Source of the DNA: Desulfobulbus propionicus DSM 2032
GTDB lineage: Bacteria; Desulfobacterota; Desulfobulbia; Desulfobulbales; Desulfobulbaceae
Direction: 5' to 3'
Length of the DNA stretch: 32,000 bases
Assembly: GCF_000186885.1 (NCBI RefSeq)
Contig: NC_014972.1
Coordinates: forward strand, 1,560,001-1,592,000
A program made the translations under genes and the position numbers. Below, piece by piece: positions 1 to 9,824 of the stretch (position 1 is the first letter of the stretch; every line of letters starts with the position of its first letter). Below the pieces are notes generated by a model. That model did not search any database. It was given only the letters and a program-made list of their open reading frames with translations, and was not told the DNA's origin.

Positions 1-1050
1 GACGGCACCTTCTGGCCGGTACCGATCACCTTGGACGTTTCCGCTGCGGACGCTGCCGGCATCAACGTTGGCGACGAGATCGCTCTGGTTAACAAAGGCG
101 AGACCTACGCAACCATGAAGGTCACCGAGAAATACGAGATGACCGAAGCCGACAAGCGTTGGGAGTGCGAGAAAGTATTCAAGGGCGAAGGCGAAGAGTC
201 TGCTGACGATAAATTCTGGGAAGTCGCCCCCAAAGATCATCCCGGCGTTATCATGGTTCTGGCTCAGAAAGAGTTCAACCTGGCCGGTCCGGTTAAAGTA
301 CTCTCCGAGGGTGAGTATCCGAAAGAGTATCCGGGTGTATACCTGAAACCTGCCGAGACCCGCGCTATGTTTGAAGAGCGTGGATGGGCCAACGTTGCCG
401 CTCTCCAGCTGCGTAACCCGATGCATCGTTCCCACGAGTTCCTGGCCAAGATCGCCATCGAGGTTTGTGACGGCGTTCTGATCCACAGCTTGGTCGGTAA
501 CCTGAAGCCCGGCGACATTCCTGCCGACGTGCGCGTTGAAGCCATCAAGATCCTGATCGACAACTATTTCGTCAAAGAGAACGTCATCAACGCTGGGTAT
601 CCGCTTGACATGCGTTATGCCGGTCCTCGCGAAGGCCTGCTCCACGCCACCTTCCGTCAGAACTATGGTGTCAACAACATGCTGATCGGTCGTGACCACG
701 CTGGCGTTGGTGACTTCTACGGCCTGTTCGAGGCACAGCAGATTTTTGATCGCATCCCCTACACCGGCGATCCTTCCAAAGACCTGCTCTGCAAGCCGAT
801 GAAGATCGACTGGACCTTCTACTGCCACAAATGCGATGGTATGGCTTCTCTGCGTACCTGCCCGCATACCAAAGAGGATCGCGTCATCCTGTCCGGTACC
901 AAACTGCGTAAGGCTCTCTCCGAGGGTCAGCCGGTTGTTGACCACTTCGGTCGCGAGGAAGTTCTGGTTCGCCTCCGCAAGTACTATGCCGGCCTGACCG
1001 AGAAGGTTGAGGTCAAGATGCAGGGTGCCGCTTCCGGCGCTGCCATGTAA
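1..1050 (+). CDS. sat: Sulfate adenylyltransferase (dissimilatory ATP sulfurylase), 5'-truncated by window edge
   Basis: Open in frame from base 1 ([20 protein letters not shown]...). Contains ATP-sulfurylase-type motifs [11 protein letters not shown] and [12 protein letters not shown], plus the CHKC...CPH cysteine cluster. Stop at 1048-1050. Confidence 0.95.
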   Translation, partial: DGTFWPVPITLDVSAADAAGINVGDEIALVNKGETYATMKVTEKYEMTEADKRWECEKVFKGEGEESADDKFWEVAPKDHPGVIMVLAQKEFNLAGPVKVLSEGEYPKEYPGVYLKPAETRAMFEERGWANVAALQLRNPMHRSHEFLAKIAIEVCDGVLIHSLVGNLKPGDIPADVRVEAIKILIDNYFVKENVINAGYPLDMRYAGPREGLLHATFRQNYGVNNMLIGRDHAGVGDFYGLFEAQQIFDRIPYTGDPSKDLLCKPMKIDWTFYCHKCDGMASLRTCPHTKEDRVILSGTKLRKALSEGQPVVDHFGREEVLVRLRKYYAGLTEKVEVKMQGAASGAAM

Positions 1051-1085
1051 GACCGTCTCAGTTCTCTGAGGCTCTGCATACGAAA

Positions 1086-1119
1086 GGAGATGTCGCCTTG
1101 GGCGGCATCTCCTTTTTTT
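1086..1119 (+). terminator. Rho-independent terminator after sat
   Basis: GGAGATGTCGCC-TTG-GGCGGCATCTCC followed by TTTTTTT. Confidence 0.85.
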
Positions 1120-1167
1120 ATTGAAAAGAAGAGCGGGGCGCGGTACGGACGTCAAACGATTTTTCCT

Positions 1168-2277
1168 ATGAATTGCACAGGAAGCGAGGGCGGAGTGGAA
1201 GAGACGATTCAGGTAGGACTAGGCGAGAGGAGCTATCCCATTACCGTCGGCACGGGGGTGATGGAGCGGGTCGGGCCGATGCTGCGGGCAGGCAGATTTG
1301 CCAAACGTTACGGCATCATCAGTGACGATCGGGTGGCTGCTCTCTACGGTGCGCAGGTACAGGAATCCCTGCGGCAAGCGGGCATCGATAGTGAACTGAT
1401 CGTTTTTCCCCACGGCGAGGCGAGCAAGCATCTGGCGACCATCGGCACCCTGGCCAGCACGCTCGCCGAGCACGGGTTTGACCGTGGCGATGGCCTGTTG
1501 GCCCTGGGCGGGGGGGTGACCGGCGATATCACCGGATTTTTGGCCTCGATCTACATGCGCGGCATCCCGTTTGTCCAGGTGCCGACCTCCCTGTTGGCTC
1601 AGGTAGACAGTTCGGTGGGCGGGAAGACCGGTGTGGACATCCCTCAAGGAAAAAATCTGCTCGGCACCTTCTACCAGCCGCGGGCGGTGATCATCGACAC
1701 CCAGGTGCTGCACACCTTACCGCAGGAAGAATTTCGTGGCGGCATGGCTGAGGTGATCAAATACGGCGTTTCGATGGATGCCGATTTTTTCCACTGGCTT
1801 GATCGGCATCATTCAGCCATTCTCGCCCTAGAACCGGAGGTAATAGTGTCGATGATCCGCCGCTGTTGCGAGATGAAGGCCTCGGTGGTGGAACAGGACG
1901 AACGGGAAGGGGGGCTGCGCCGGATCCTCAATTTTGGCCATACCATTGGTCACGCGGTGGAAGCGGCCTCCGGCTATCGGCTGATTCATGGCTATGCGGT
2001 GGCCATCGGCATGCGTGCTGTCGCCGATTTGGCGGTTCGAGCCGGCTATGCCAGCCAATCGGTTGCTGATCGGATCGAGGCGCTGCTGGCCAAATACCAG
2101 CTGCCCACCGGAATTCCGTCGGAATTCGATCGGACTACCCTGTGGAACTATCTGCACACCGATAAAAAAACCATTGGTGGGCGGGTCTTTTTTGTGCTGC
2201 CCGAGGAGATTGGCAGGGTATGCGTGACCGATCGGGTGGACAAGGACGATATTGACGCAATCCTTGGCAGTGCCTAA
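1168..2277 (+). CDS. aroB: 3-dehydroquinate synthase
   Basis: Motifs GDGLLALGGGVTGDITGFLAS, QVPTSLLAQVDSSVGGKTGVDIPQGKNLLGTFYQP, NFGHTIGHAVE, LHTDKKTIGGRVFFVLP. Start is ATG 1168 or GTG 1195; the listed ORF start at 1090 is probably too far upstream. Confidence 0.93.
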   Translation: MNCTGSEGGVEETIQVGLGERSYPITVGTGVMERVGPMLRAGRFAKRYGIISDDRVAALYGAQVQESLRQAGIDSELIVFPHGEASKHLATIGTLASTLAEHGFDRGDGLLALGGGVTGDITGFLASIYMRGIPFVQVPTSLLAQVDSSVGGKTGVDIPQGKNLLGTFYQPRAVIIDTQVLHTLPQEEFRGGMAEVIKYGVSMDADFFHWLDRHHSAILALEPEVIVSMIRRCCEMKASVVEQDEREGGLRRILNFGHTIGHAVEAASGYRLIHGYAVAIGMRAVADLAVRAGYASQSVADRIEALLAKYQLPTGIPSEFDRTTLWNYLHTDKKTIGGRVFFVLPEEIGRVCVTDRVDKDDIDAILGSA

Positions 2278-2344
2278 CATAAGCGGCAACCAATGAACAG
2301 CGGCAACCGTGCCTTTGCCTGTCCTTTCACCACCACTGATAGCC

Positions 2345-2842
2345 ATGCCGATCTACGAATTTTTTTGCGCTGATTGCAACACGGTTTTCAACTTTTTCTC
2401 CAGCCGGCCCAACCGGGACAAGCGGCCCAACTGCCCCCAGTGCGGCAGACCGGAGCTGCGGAAGATGATGTCCGCCTTTGCCACCATCGGCAAAGCCAAG
2501 GAAAACGACGAAGACAATCCCTTGGCCGGTATGGACGAGGCCAAGATGGAGCGCGCCCTGGCCGGTCTGATGCGCGAGGCCGAACAGGTCAACGAGGACG
2601 ATCCGCGGCAGATGGCCAATTTGATGCGCAAGTTCGCCGATGCCACTGGCCTTGATCTGGGCGAACCGATGCACGAGGCCATTGCCCGCATGGAAGCGGG
2701 AGAAGATCCGGAGCAGATCGAACAGGAAATGGGCGATCTGATGGACGGCGAGGAACCCTTCAGTCTGGAGGCGATGAAGAAAAAGGCGCAGTCTGGAGGC
2801 CGCCGGCCACCCCGCCACGACGAACGGCTCTACGAACTGTAG
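2345..2842 (+). CDS. FmdB-family zinc-ribbon protein
   Basis: N-terminal MPIYEFFCADCNTVFNFF...CPQCG is the FmdB-type CxxC...CxxC zinc ribbon. The C-terminus is acidic. Confidence 0.75.
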   Translation: MPIYEFFCADCNTVFNFFSSRPNRDKRPNCPQCGRPELRKMMSAFATIGKAKENDEDNPLAGMDEAKMERALAGLMREAEQVNEDDPRQMANLMRKFADATGLDLGEPMHEAIARMEAGEDPEQIEQEMGDLMDGEEPFSLEAMKKKAQSGGRRPPRHDERLYEL

Positions 2843-2874
2843 AGCGAGGAAAAAGACTGATTGTGGGGCGGTGA

Positions 2875-4215
2875 TCACACCTCGATTCGGTGCTGCTTCA
2901 TTTTCTCCCACAGGTTTTTCCGGCTGATGCCCAGTGTCTCGGCGGCCCGGGTCCGATTGCCGCCGGAGTGGGCCAGGGCATGGACGATGCACTGCTTCTC
3001 GGCGCTGGCCAGGGCTTCAGCCAGCGGCATGATGGCGCCATTGGCCTTTTGCTCCGCCTTGTGCAGATCGGCGGGCAGATCCTCCACGGTGATGACCGGT
3101 CCAGGCGACAGCACGGACACCCGCTCGATGATGTTTTTTAACTCTCGAACATTGCCAGGAAAATCGTAGTTGAGCAGACAGTCCATCGCCTCTTTGGACA
3201 GCGACAGCGTCATGCCCCGCTTGTGCCCAAAACCTCGGAGGAAATGGCTGACCAGCAGCGGGATGTCCTCGATCCGTTCACGCAGGGGCGGAAGAGTCAG
3301 GGGAATGACGCTCAACCGGTAGAGCAGGTCCTGACGGAACTGTCCCGCCTCCACCTCCTTTTTCAGATCCTTGGCTGTGGCGCAGAGCAGGCGCACGTCC
3401 ACCTTGATCGTCCTTGTCCCGCCCAGCCGTTCACATTCTCCCTCCTCGATCACCCGCAGCAGTTTGGCCTGAAGTCCAAGGGGCAGATCACCGATTTCAT
3501 CCAACAGCAGCGTGCCGCCGTCGGCCAATTCGAATCGGCCCAGCCGTTTCGCGTGCGCTCCGGTGAAAGCGCCCTTTTCATGGCCGAAAAACTCGGATTC
3601 CAGCAATCCTTCGGGAATGGCCGCGCAATTGATGCGAATATAGGGTTTGTCCGCCCGACGGCTGGCCCGATGCAAGGCATTGGCGGCCAGCTCCTTGCCG
3701 GTGCCTGATTCGCCGTTGATCAAAACGGTCGAATCGGTCGGCCCTATTTGGTTGATGAGCTTGAGCAGGGTGCGCATCGCCGTGCTGTTGCCGATGATTT
3801 CCTGATGTTCCTGGCGGCACCTGTCCTCCAGCGAGGCGCAACGGGCGCGCACGGTCTGCATCTCGAAGATGCGGTTGATGCGGATGATCAGATCATCCAT
3901 TTCAAAGGGTTTGAGAATATAGTCGGCGGCACCGTTGCGCAGGCAGGTGATGGCGTCCTCCACCGATCCGTAGGCGGTCATCATGAAGATGTCGATCAAC
4001 GGCGACTGCTTGCGCGCCCATTCCAGGAGCTCCATGCCGCCCAGCCCGGGCATGCGGATGTCGGAAAGGATCAGGTGATAATGCTTCTGGTCCAACAGCG
4101 ACAGGGCATCGCGCCCGTTGACGGCCGCGTCAACCTGCCATCGTTCCCTGCGCAGCCGGTCATGGAGTGAAATGCGCATGATTTCGTCATCTTCCACCAG
4201 CAGTATCTGTTTCAT
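2875..4215 (-). CDS. Sigma54-dependent NtrC-family response regulator
   Basis: Receiver domain ([14 protein letters not shown]...[10 protein letters not shown]); AAA+ domain with Walker A GESGTGKE and the sigma54-contacting GAFTGA; C-terminal Fis-type HTH ([21 protein letters not shown]). Confidence 0.95.
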   Translation of the reverse strand: MKQILLVEDDEIMRISLHDRLRRERWQVDAAVNGRDALSLLDQKHYHLILSDIRMPGLGGMELLEWARKQSPLIDIFMMTAYGSVEDAITCLRNGAADYILKPFEMDDLIIRINRIFEMQTVRARCASLEDRCRQEHQEIIGNSTAMRTLLKLINQIGPTDSTVLINGESGTGKELAANALHRASRRADKPYIRINCAAIPEGLLESEFFGHEKGAFTGAHAKRLGRFELADGGTLLLDEIGDLPLGLQAKLLRVIEEGECERLGGTRTIKVDVRLLCATAKDLKKEVEAGQFRQDLLYRLSVIPLTLPPLRERIEDIPLLVSHFLRGFGHKRGMTLSLSKEAMDCLLNYDFPGNVRELKNIIERVSVLSPGPVITVEDLPADLHKAEQKANGAIMPLAEALASAEKQCIVHALAHSGGNRTRAAETLGISRKNLWEKMKQHRIEV

Positions 4216-5789
4216 GCTTCCCCTTGCATGGCGTTGTCGTTTCCCTCGTTGAGGCAGTGACGGTCAATGGGCAGAGTGACGGCGAAGGTTGAGCCGCTCC
4301 CCGGTTCGCTGCGAACCTCGATCTGCCCGTTCAGGCGCTGCACCATGGCCAGAGTCACCGCCAGCCCCAAGCCCGTTCCCTCGCCCACCTCCTTGGTGGT
4401 GAAAAAAGGATCAAAAATACGGTCCTGTATCTCCCGGGCAATACCGATGCCCGTGTCCTCGATGATGAGCACCACCGATCCCGTTTCCTCACGGGTGGCC
4501 AGGAGCAGGCTGCCGCCATCGGGCATGGCCTGGATAGCGTTGAGGGCGATGTTCATCACGATCTGCTTGATGGCCTCGGTGTCGATGCAGCAGAGGGCGT
4601 TGAAGTGCAGGTCCAGATTGACCACGATGTTGCGCAGCCGGTGGCCAAGCAGTTCCAGACAGTCGAGAATGACGGTGTCGATGTCGACTTGATGGACCTG
4701 GAGGGGATCGACTCGGCCGTAGTTGAGCAGTTGGCGCATGGTCAGCTCGATCCGCTTCAATCCTTTGTGTAACAGGGGCAGGTATCGTTTCTGCACATCC
4801 AGATTTTCCGGCTCCTTCTGCATGGCGGACACGCAGTTGAGCATCCCGGCCAATGGGTTGTTGATTTCATGGGCAATGCCGGCGGTCAGCTGGCCGAGTG
4901 CCGCCAGTTTCTCGGCGCGGAAACCTTTTTCCCCAGCCGTGGCAAGGGCTTGCTGGGACGCGGTCAGGCGTTGGCAGAGGGCAATGAACGAGGCAGAAAG
5001 GCAGCCGAATTCATCGCCGGTCCCCGGCAGTTTCAAGGCTTCCACCGGTTGCTCGGGAAAGGCGGCCATGGCATGGGACAACTGGCTCACCGGCCGGCCC
5101 ACCAGTCGGTTGAAAAGCAGCAGGGTCACCGCTGCGGCAACACATACCGACAACAGTCCCAGCAGGAGAATGGTTCGATTGTTTTCGTGGATGAAGGTAT
5201 CGGCCCAGACGATGGGAATGGTGATTGACAGCGCCCCTCGGATCTCGCCGGGATGATAGCCGTGTTCGCCGTGGCAGGTGAGACAGGAGGATTCGGTGAT
5301 CAACGGTGCCGCGTAGCGCAGGACGCGGCCGTCCCGGTCGCGGTCGATTGCCAGGTGTTCGGTTGCGCCCTCGGCAAAGCGCCGCAGGCTTTGCTGTTCA
5401 AACGGATCGGGTGCGTTGGCGGGATTGATCGGCCGCGCGCTGGTCACCCGAAACCAGGCCATGCCGCTCTTGCCGGCATATTCGGACAACTCGCGGGTGA
5501 CCATGGCCGGGTTGCGTTTCACCAACACGAGGCCGGACGCCGTGGTCATCACCGGTTCGCTCAGATAGTTGTTGGGTTGGGTGGATTCGGTCTGGACCAG
5601 GAACAGTCCCTGGTGGTCCGCCACCCATTGGCGGGTGAGCAGCACCTGACGATAGAGCATGCGGGCCTGTTGTTCGGCTTGGCCAATGACCAGGCGGTTT
5701 TGCAGGTGGGAGGTGTAGAGGAGCAGAACCCCGTAGGACAGGGTCAGGATGCCGACAACGGCAAGGATGAATTTTCCCCTCAGTGTCAT
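4212..5789 (-). CDS. Membrane sensor histidine kinase with DUF3365/Tll0287-like periplasmic sensor containing a CxxCH heme motif
   Basis: N-terminal TM (MTLRGKFILAVVGILTLSYGVLLLY), sensor motif CLTCHGEHGYHPGEIRGALSITIP, second TM, H-box LTAGIAHEINNPLAG, N/G boxes (NIALNAIQAM, DTGIGI, GEGTGLGLAV). Overlaps the regulator start by 4 nt. Confidence 0.92.
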   Translation of the reverse strand: MTLRGKFILAVVGILTLSYGVLLLYTSHLQNRLVIGQAEQQARMLYRQVLLTRQWVADHQGLFLVQTESTQPNNYLSEPVMTTASGLVLVKRNPAMVTRELSEYAGKSGMAWFRVTSARPINPANAPDPFEQQSLRRFAEGATEHLAIDRDRDGRVLRYAAPLITESSCLTCHGEHGYHPGEIRGALSITIPIVWADTFIHENNRTILLLGLLSVCVAAAVTLLLFNRLVGRPVSQLSHAMAAFPEQPVEALKLPGTGDEFGCLSASFIALCQRLTASQQALATAGEKGFRAEKLAALGQLTAGIAHEINNPLAGMLNCVSAMQKEPENLDVQKRYLPLLHKGLKRIELTMRQLLNYGRVDPLQVHQVDIDTVILDCLELLGHRLRNIVVNLDLHFNALCCIDTEAIKQIVMNIALNAIQAMPDGGSLLLATREETGSVVLIIEDTGIGIAREIQDRIFDPFFTTKEVGEGTGLGLAVTLAMVQRLNGQIEVRSEPGSGSTFAVTLPIDRHCLNEGNDNAMQGEA

Positions 5790-5853
5790 ACCACGTCCCC
5801 GAAAACACTCTGCAAACCTGGTGCGGAACAATACCCCGCGCGTATCGTCGCAA

Positions 5854-5903
5854 GGTAACACAGTTGCCCTATGATTGCTACCTCATGGTAACAGTTGAAA
5901 CTG
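5854..5903. promoter_or_regulatory. Candidate activator-binding direct repeats (UAS) between the two-component system and nap
   Basis: GGTAACACAGTTG at 5854-5866 and GGTAACAGTTG at 5887-5897. CAGTT-GA-AACTG dyad at 5892-5903. Confidence 0.35.
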
Positions 5904-5942
5904 GCTTTCCTTGTAACCTATTAAAAAGACAACATCTCTTGT

Positions 5943-5959
5943 TTGGAATAGTTGTTGCT
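5943..5959 (+). promoter_or_regulatory. Candidate sigma54 (-24/-12) promoter for the nap operon
   Basis: TTGGAATAGTTGTTGCT keeps TTGG at -24 and TTGCT at -12 with the exact GG-N10-GC spacing, compared with YTGGCACGRNNNTTGCW. Confidence 0.5.
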
Positions 5960-6023
5960 TTGTTTTTTACACGTTCTGTTCTGTCAGATTTCCAGAGGAA
6001 GCAAAACCGTCAGGAGGAGAAAC

Positions 6024-6389
6024 GTGAAACACAATGCCCACCGACTGTTTCGGAGCCTGGTCGCGTTGCTGCTGGCAACCGGCTGGGCCGCCCCGATCCT
6101 GGCCGCCCAATCCGCCGGCGGCCATCCACCGCTTTCCGAGCAGGACCAGTACATTGCCTGCGATCAGTGCCATGCGGAAACCACCCCGGAGCTCCACAAG
6201 GAGTGGTTTGACTCGCGCCATGGAGTGGCCATGGTCAAGTGCTATCAGTGTCACGGCACCTTTGAAACCTTTCGGGTCACGCCCCAACCCCAGGACTGCG
6301 CGGCCTGCCACGAGAACATGATGCATAAATGTCCGCAGGACAAACCCTGCTGGCAGTGCCATGTTCCGCATTCCTTCAACAAGAAATAG
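6024..6389 (+). CDS. napM: Secreted tetraheme c-type cytochrome, NapM-like
   Basis: GTG start with AGGAGG upstream, signal peptide (FRSLVALLLATGWAAPILAAQ), four CxxCH motifs (CDQCH, CYQCH, CAACH, CWQCH), directly upstream of napA. Confidence 0.75.
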   Translation: MKHNAHRLFRSLVALLLATGWAAPILAAQSAGGHPPLSEQDQYIACDQCHAETTPELHKEWFDSRHGVAMVKCYQCHGTFETFRVTPQPQDCAACHENMMHKCPQDKPCWQCHVPHSFNKK

Positions 6390-6472
6390 AACCGACCGGT
6401 GGACGGCCCGGCGGGGAAGAGCCGGCCGACACATCAACTGATGGAATGGGTAACCATATTGAGGAGAGGGTG

Positions 6473-8863
6473 ATGATGGCTCAAACACGACGTGATTTTA
6501 TCAAGAAGACAGCGGCACTTTCGGCTGCGTCCCTTGTGGGCATGCAGTTGCCTGTGGATGTGAACACCATGGCACGGGCGGCGGAAGACGAGGCCTGGCA
6601 CCGGGGCACCTGCCGTTTGTGCGGTGTTGGCTGCCGGGTGGAACTCGGGGTGAAAAACGGCGTGCCCTTTGCCTTGCGCGGGGTGGCCGATGCGCGCACC
6701 AATTACGGCTATCTGTGCATGAAGGGCATGCATTTCTGGAAATGCATGGGCCACAAGGATCGTCTGACCAAGCCGCTCTACCGCGAACGGAAGGCCGATC
6801 CCTTCAAGGAGATCAGCTGGGACAAGGCTCTGGATATCGCCGCCGAGCGGTTTAGCTCCGCGGTCAAGGCCCATGGCGGCAATGCGGTGGCCTATTACGG
6901 TTCCGGCCAGTGTCTGACCGAAGAAACCTACCTGTTCCAGAAGATCATGCGCGGCGGGCTCAAGACCAACAACGTCGAGGGCAATCCCCGCTTGTGCATG
7001 GCCAGCGCGGTGGGTGGCTACATGACCTCCTTTGGCGCCGACGAGCCCATCGGTGGCTATGCGGATCTGGAAAAGGCGCACTGCTTTTTCATTATCGGCT
7101 CCAACACCGCCGAGGCCCATCCGGTGCTGTTCCGCCGGATCATGCGGCGCAAGCTCGACAATCCCGAGGTCAAGGTCATCAACGCCGACCCCCGGGTGTC
7201 GCAGACCTCGCGCATTGCCGACAAGCACCTCCAGTTCAAGCCGGGCACCGATCTCTCCCTGCTCAACGCCATGGCCAAGGTGATCATCGACGAGAAACTC
7301 CATGACCAGCAGTTCCTCGGCAACTATGCGGTGTTCAAACAAGGCAAGGAAGCGAAGGCGGCCAGCTTCGACGAATTCGCTCAGTTTGTCGCCCCCTATA
7401 CGCCCGAGGCCGCGGCCAAGACCTGCGGCGGCACCATCACCGCCGACGATATCCGTCAGGTGGCCCGCTGGTTCGCTACCTCCAAGGGCACGGTCAGCCT
7501 GTGGTGCATGGGCATCAACCAGCGCAAGCAGGGCGTGTGGGCCAACAACCTGATCCACAACCTGCACATCCTCACCGGCCAGTTGATGAAGGAGGGAGCC
7601 GATTCCCTGTCACTCACCGGCCAGCCCAATGCCTGCGGCGGCGTGCGCGAGGCCGGAGGATTGTGTCATATCCTCCCCGGTCATCGGCCGGTGGAAAAAG
7701 AGAAGATGCGCAACCAGGTGGAAGAGGCTTGGGGCATTCCCCTGGGCCGCATCCCGGCAGAGCCGGGGCTGCACACCATGGATCTGTTCACCGCCGTCAA
7801 CAAGGGCACGGTCAAGGCGGTATGGATCAACTGCACCAGTCCGGCCCAGAGCCTGCCCAACTGCGACCTGTACAACAAGGGATTGGCGAGCGACGACTGC
7901 TTCATCGTCTGCACCGACATTTTTAAAACCCGCACCACCGAGTACGCCAACCTGATTCTGCCGACCGCCTTCCACTTCGAGAAGACCGGGGTCTACGGCT
8001 GCACCGAACGGCGCTCGCAACTGACCCGCAAGGCGATCAAGGCGCCGGGCGAGGCCAAGCCCGAGGTGTGGATCGCCCGCGAGTGGGCCAAACGCTTGGC
8101 CACCAAGCTTAACGATCCGGTCATCGCCCAGTGCGTCAAACCTTTTGACGGTCTGGAGGAGGATTTCGCCCTGCCGCAGGCCATCTGGGACGAGTATACC
8201 CAGAAACTGACCAAGGGCCGCGACAACGACCTGCGCGGCGCCAGCTACGCGGTGCTGGGCCGCATGGCCGACGGCGTCCAATGGCCGGCGCCCACCGAGG
8301 AGTTCGCCCTCAAAGGCGGCACGGTCAAGAAGTTCGTCAAGGGGTTGGACCCCATGGCCGACAGCGAATCGAAAAACGATCTGCCCTATCAGTTCTACGG
8401 TCCGGCCCACGAGGACCGCAAACTGTGGATCTGGCTGCGGCCCCAGGCCGAGCCCTCGGAGGTGCCGGACGCGGACTATCCCTTCTATCTGTCCACCGGC
8501 CGGATCATCGACCACTGGCACACCATGTCCATGACCGGCCGCATTCCCGAACTGCTGCGGGCCAACCCCTATGCCTATGTGGAGATCAACCCCAAGGACG
8601 CGGCAAAACTGGGCATCAAGCCCGGAGACATGGTCGAGGTCAGGTCACGGCGCGGGGTCAACCTGCTGCCGGCCAAGGTCTACGAAGGGCCGATCGAGGG
8701 CATGGTGTTTGTCTATTGGCACGACCAGGAGCAGACCAGGATGATCAATAAAGTGACCAAGGACGATTACGACCCGGCCTCCAAGGAGCCGGAGTTCAAG
8801 ATCTGCGCGGTTCAGATCCAGCGCGTTTCCGGGCCGCGGCCACTCACCCCGTTTTTGGTTTGA
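6473..8863 (+). CDS. napA: Periplasmic nitrate reductase catalytic subunit (Mo-bisMGD, one 4Fe-4S)
   Basis: Twin-arginine leader (TRRDFIKKTAALSAAS); CRLCGVGCRVELG...NYGYLCMKG 4Fe-4S binding; YGSGQCLTEETYLFQKIMRGGLKTNNVEGNPRLCMASAV with the presumptive Mo-ligating Cys; C-terminal GRIIDHWHTMSMTGRIPEL...EINPKDA. Neighbours are napD, napG and napH. GAGGAG RBS before ATG 6473. Confidence 0.92.
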   Translation: MMAQTRRDFIKKTAALSAASLVGMQLPVDVNTMARAAEDEAWHRGTCRLCGVGCRVELGVKNGVPFALRGVADARTNYGYLCMKGMHFWKCMGHKDRLTKPLYRERKADPFKEISWDKALDIAAERFSSAVKAHGGNAVAYYGSGQCLTEETYLFQKIMRGGLKTNNVEGNPRLCMASAVGGYMTSFGADEPIGGYADLEKAHCFFIIGSNTAEAHPVLFRRIMRRKLDNPEVKVINADPRVSQTSRIADKHLQFKPGTDLSLLNAMAKVIIDEKLHDQQFLGNYAVFKQGKEAKAASFDEFAQFVAPYTPEAAAKTCGGTITADDIRQVARWFATSKGTVSLWCMGINQRKQGVWANNLIHNLHILTGQLMKEGADSLSLTGQPNACGGVREAGGLCHILPGHRPVEKEKMRNQVEEAWGIPLGRIPAEPGLHTMDLFTAVNKGTVKAVWINCTSPAQSLPNCDLYNKGLASDDCFIVCTDIFKTRTTEYANLILPTAFHFEKTGVYGCTERRSQLTRKAIKAPGEAKPEVWIAREWAKRLATKLNDPVIAQCVKPFDGLEEDFALPQAIWDEYTQKLTKGRDNDLRGASYAVLGRMADGVQWPAPTEEFALKGGTVKKFVKGLDPMADSESKNDLPYQFYGPAHEDRKLWIWLRPQAEPSEVPDADYPFYLSTGRIIDHWHTMSMTGRIPELLRANPYAYVEINPKDAAKLGIKPGDMVEVRSRRGVNLLPAKVYEGPIEGMVFVYWHDQEQTRMINKVTKDDYDPASKEPEFKICAVQIQRVSGPRPLTPFLV

Positions 8864-8946
8864 TCGGTGCGGACGGGAAGAAGCTTTTTTCTTCCCGTCA
8901 CGTTATCCTCTGAAAAGACGAGTCATTTTGTCATGGAGACCTTCCG

Positions 8947-9237
8947 ATGCCCATCGGTGGAGCAGTGATCGCGATTCGGCCAGCCGATATGGAGACGGCC
9001 ACAACTCAGTTGCTTGCCCTGGCCGGGGTGGAAATCCACGGCGCGGATCAACGCGGCAACATTGTCGCGGTTCTGGAGACCCAAACCTGCGACGAGATGG
9101 AGCGGCTGCTCACGGCAATCAATGAGTGCCCCCTGGTTCTCCATGCCGGCCTGACCTACCTCAACATGGAAGACCAACTGGCGGACACGGTCAATACGCG
9201 GACGCGACCAACCGGGGAAGATGGAGCCGGAGTGTGA
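8947..9237 (+). CDS. napD: NapD-type chaperone for NapA maturation
   Basis: Small protein MPIGGAVIAIRPADMETATTQLLALAGVEIHGADQRGNIVAVLET...YLNMED between napA and napG. Confidence 0.8.
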   Translation: MPIGGAVIAIRPADMETATTQLLALAGVEIHGADQRGNIVAVLETQTCDEMERLLTAINECPLVLHAGLTYLNMEDQLADTVNTRTRPTGEDGAGV

Positions 9238-9824
9238 AGCGCCGCCACCTCCTCAAACTGCTCGGCCGCCTGGTGACCGCCTCGGCTGTTCTCGGGGTGC
9301 GCGAGGGCCATGCCAGCCTGTTCCGGTCGCCGGTGACCACCAACCGCCTGCGGCCGCCCGGCGCGGTGCCGGAGGAACGTTTTGCCGGCCAATGTATTCG
9401 CTGCGGCCGCTGCGTGGAAAGCTGCCCCTACCGCTGCATCACCATGCTCGATATCCGCGCCGGCATCCACGCGGGCACGCCGTTGATCGCGGTGGAACTG
9501 AAACCTTGCGCCCTGTGCATGAAGTGCGTGCTTGTCTGTCCCACCGGCAGCCTGCGCAGGGTTGCGCAAGAAGCCACCCGCATGGGCACGGCGGTGATCA
9601 ACCGGTTTACCTGCGCCGCCTGGAGCGGAGTGGCCTTGTGTCGGACCTGCTACGATGTCTGTCCGTTCAAGGAGCGGGCCATCGTTCTCAGAAAGCTGAT
9701 GCCCGAAGTGATCGAGGACGCCTGCACCGGCTGCGGCCTTTGTACCCATGCCTGCCCAATCGTCACCGACAAGGGGCTCAAGGCGGTCAACATTGAACCG
9801 TTGGCGAGAGTCCTTCCGACATGA
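9234..9824 (+). CDS. napG: NapG-type periplasmic ferredoxin, multiple 4Fe-4S clusters
   Basis: GTG start overlapping the napD stop (GTGA). RRHLLKLLG twin-arginine-like leader and four Cys clusters (CIRCGRCVESCP, CALCMKCVLVCP, CRTCYDVCP, CTGCGLCTHACP). Confidence 0.85.
   Translation: MKRRHLLKLLGRLVTASAVLGVREGHASLFRSPVTTNRLRPPGAVPEERFAGQCIRCGRCVESCPYRCITMLDIRAGIHAGTPLIAVELKPCALCMKCVLVCPTGSLRRVAQEATRMGTAVINRFTCAAWSGVALCRTCYDVCPFKERAIVLRKLMPEVIEDACTGCGLCTHACPIVTDKGLKAVNIEPLARVLPT

Noticed and set aside
5253-5858. 201-aa plus-strand ORF
   Set aside because: Antisense to the sensor kinase, with no recognisable domain.
6434-7567. 377-aa ORF antisense to napA
   Set aside because: napA is strongly supported on the plus strand. 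The antisense frame is a typical high-GC shadow ORF with a low-complexity Gly/His/Val-rich translation.
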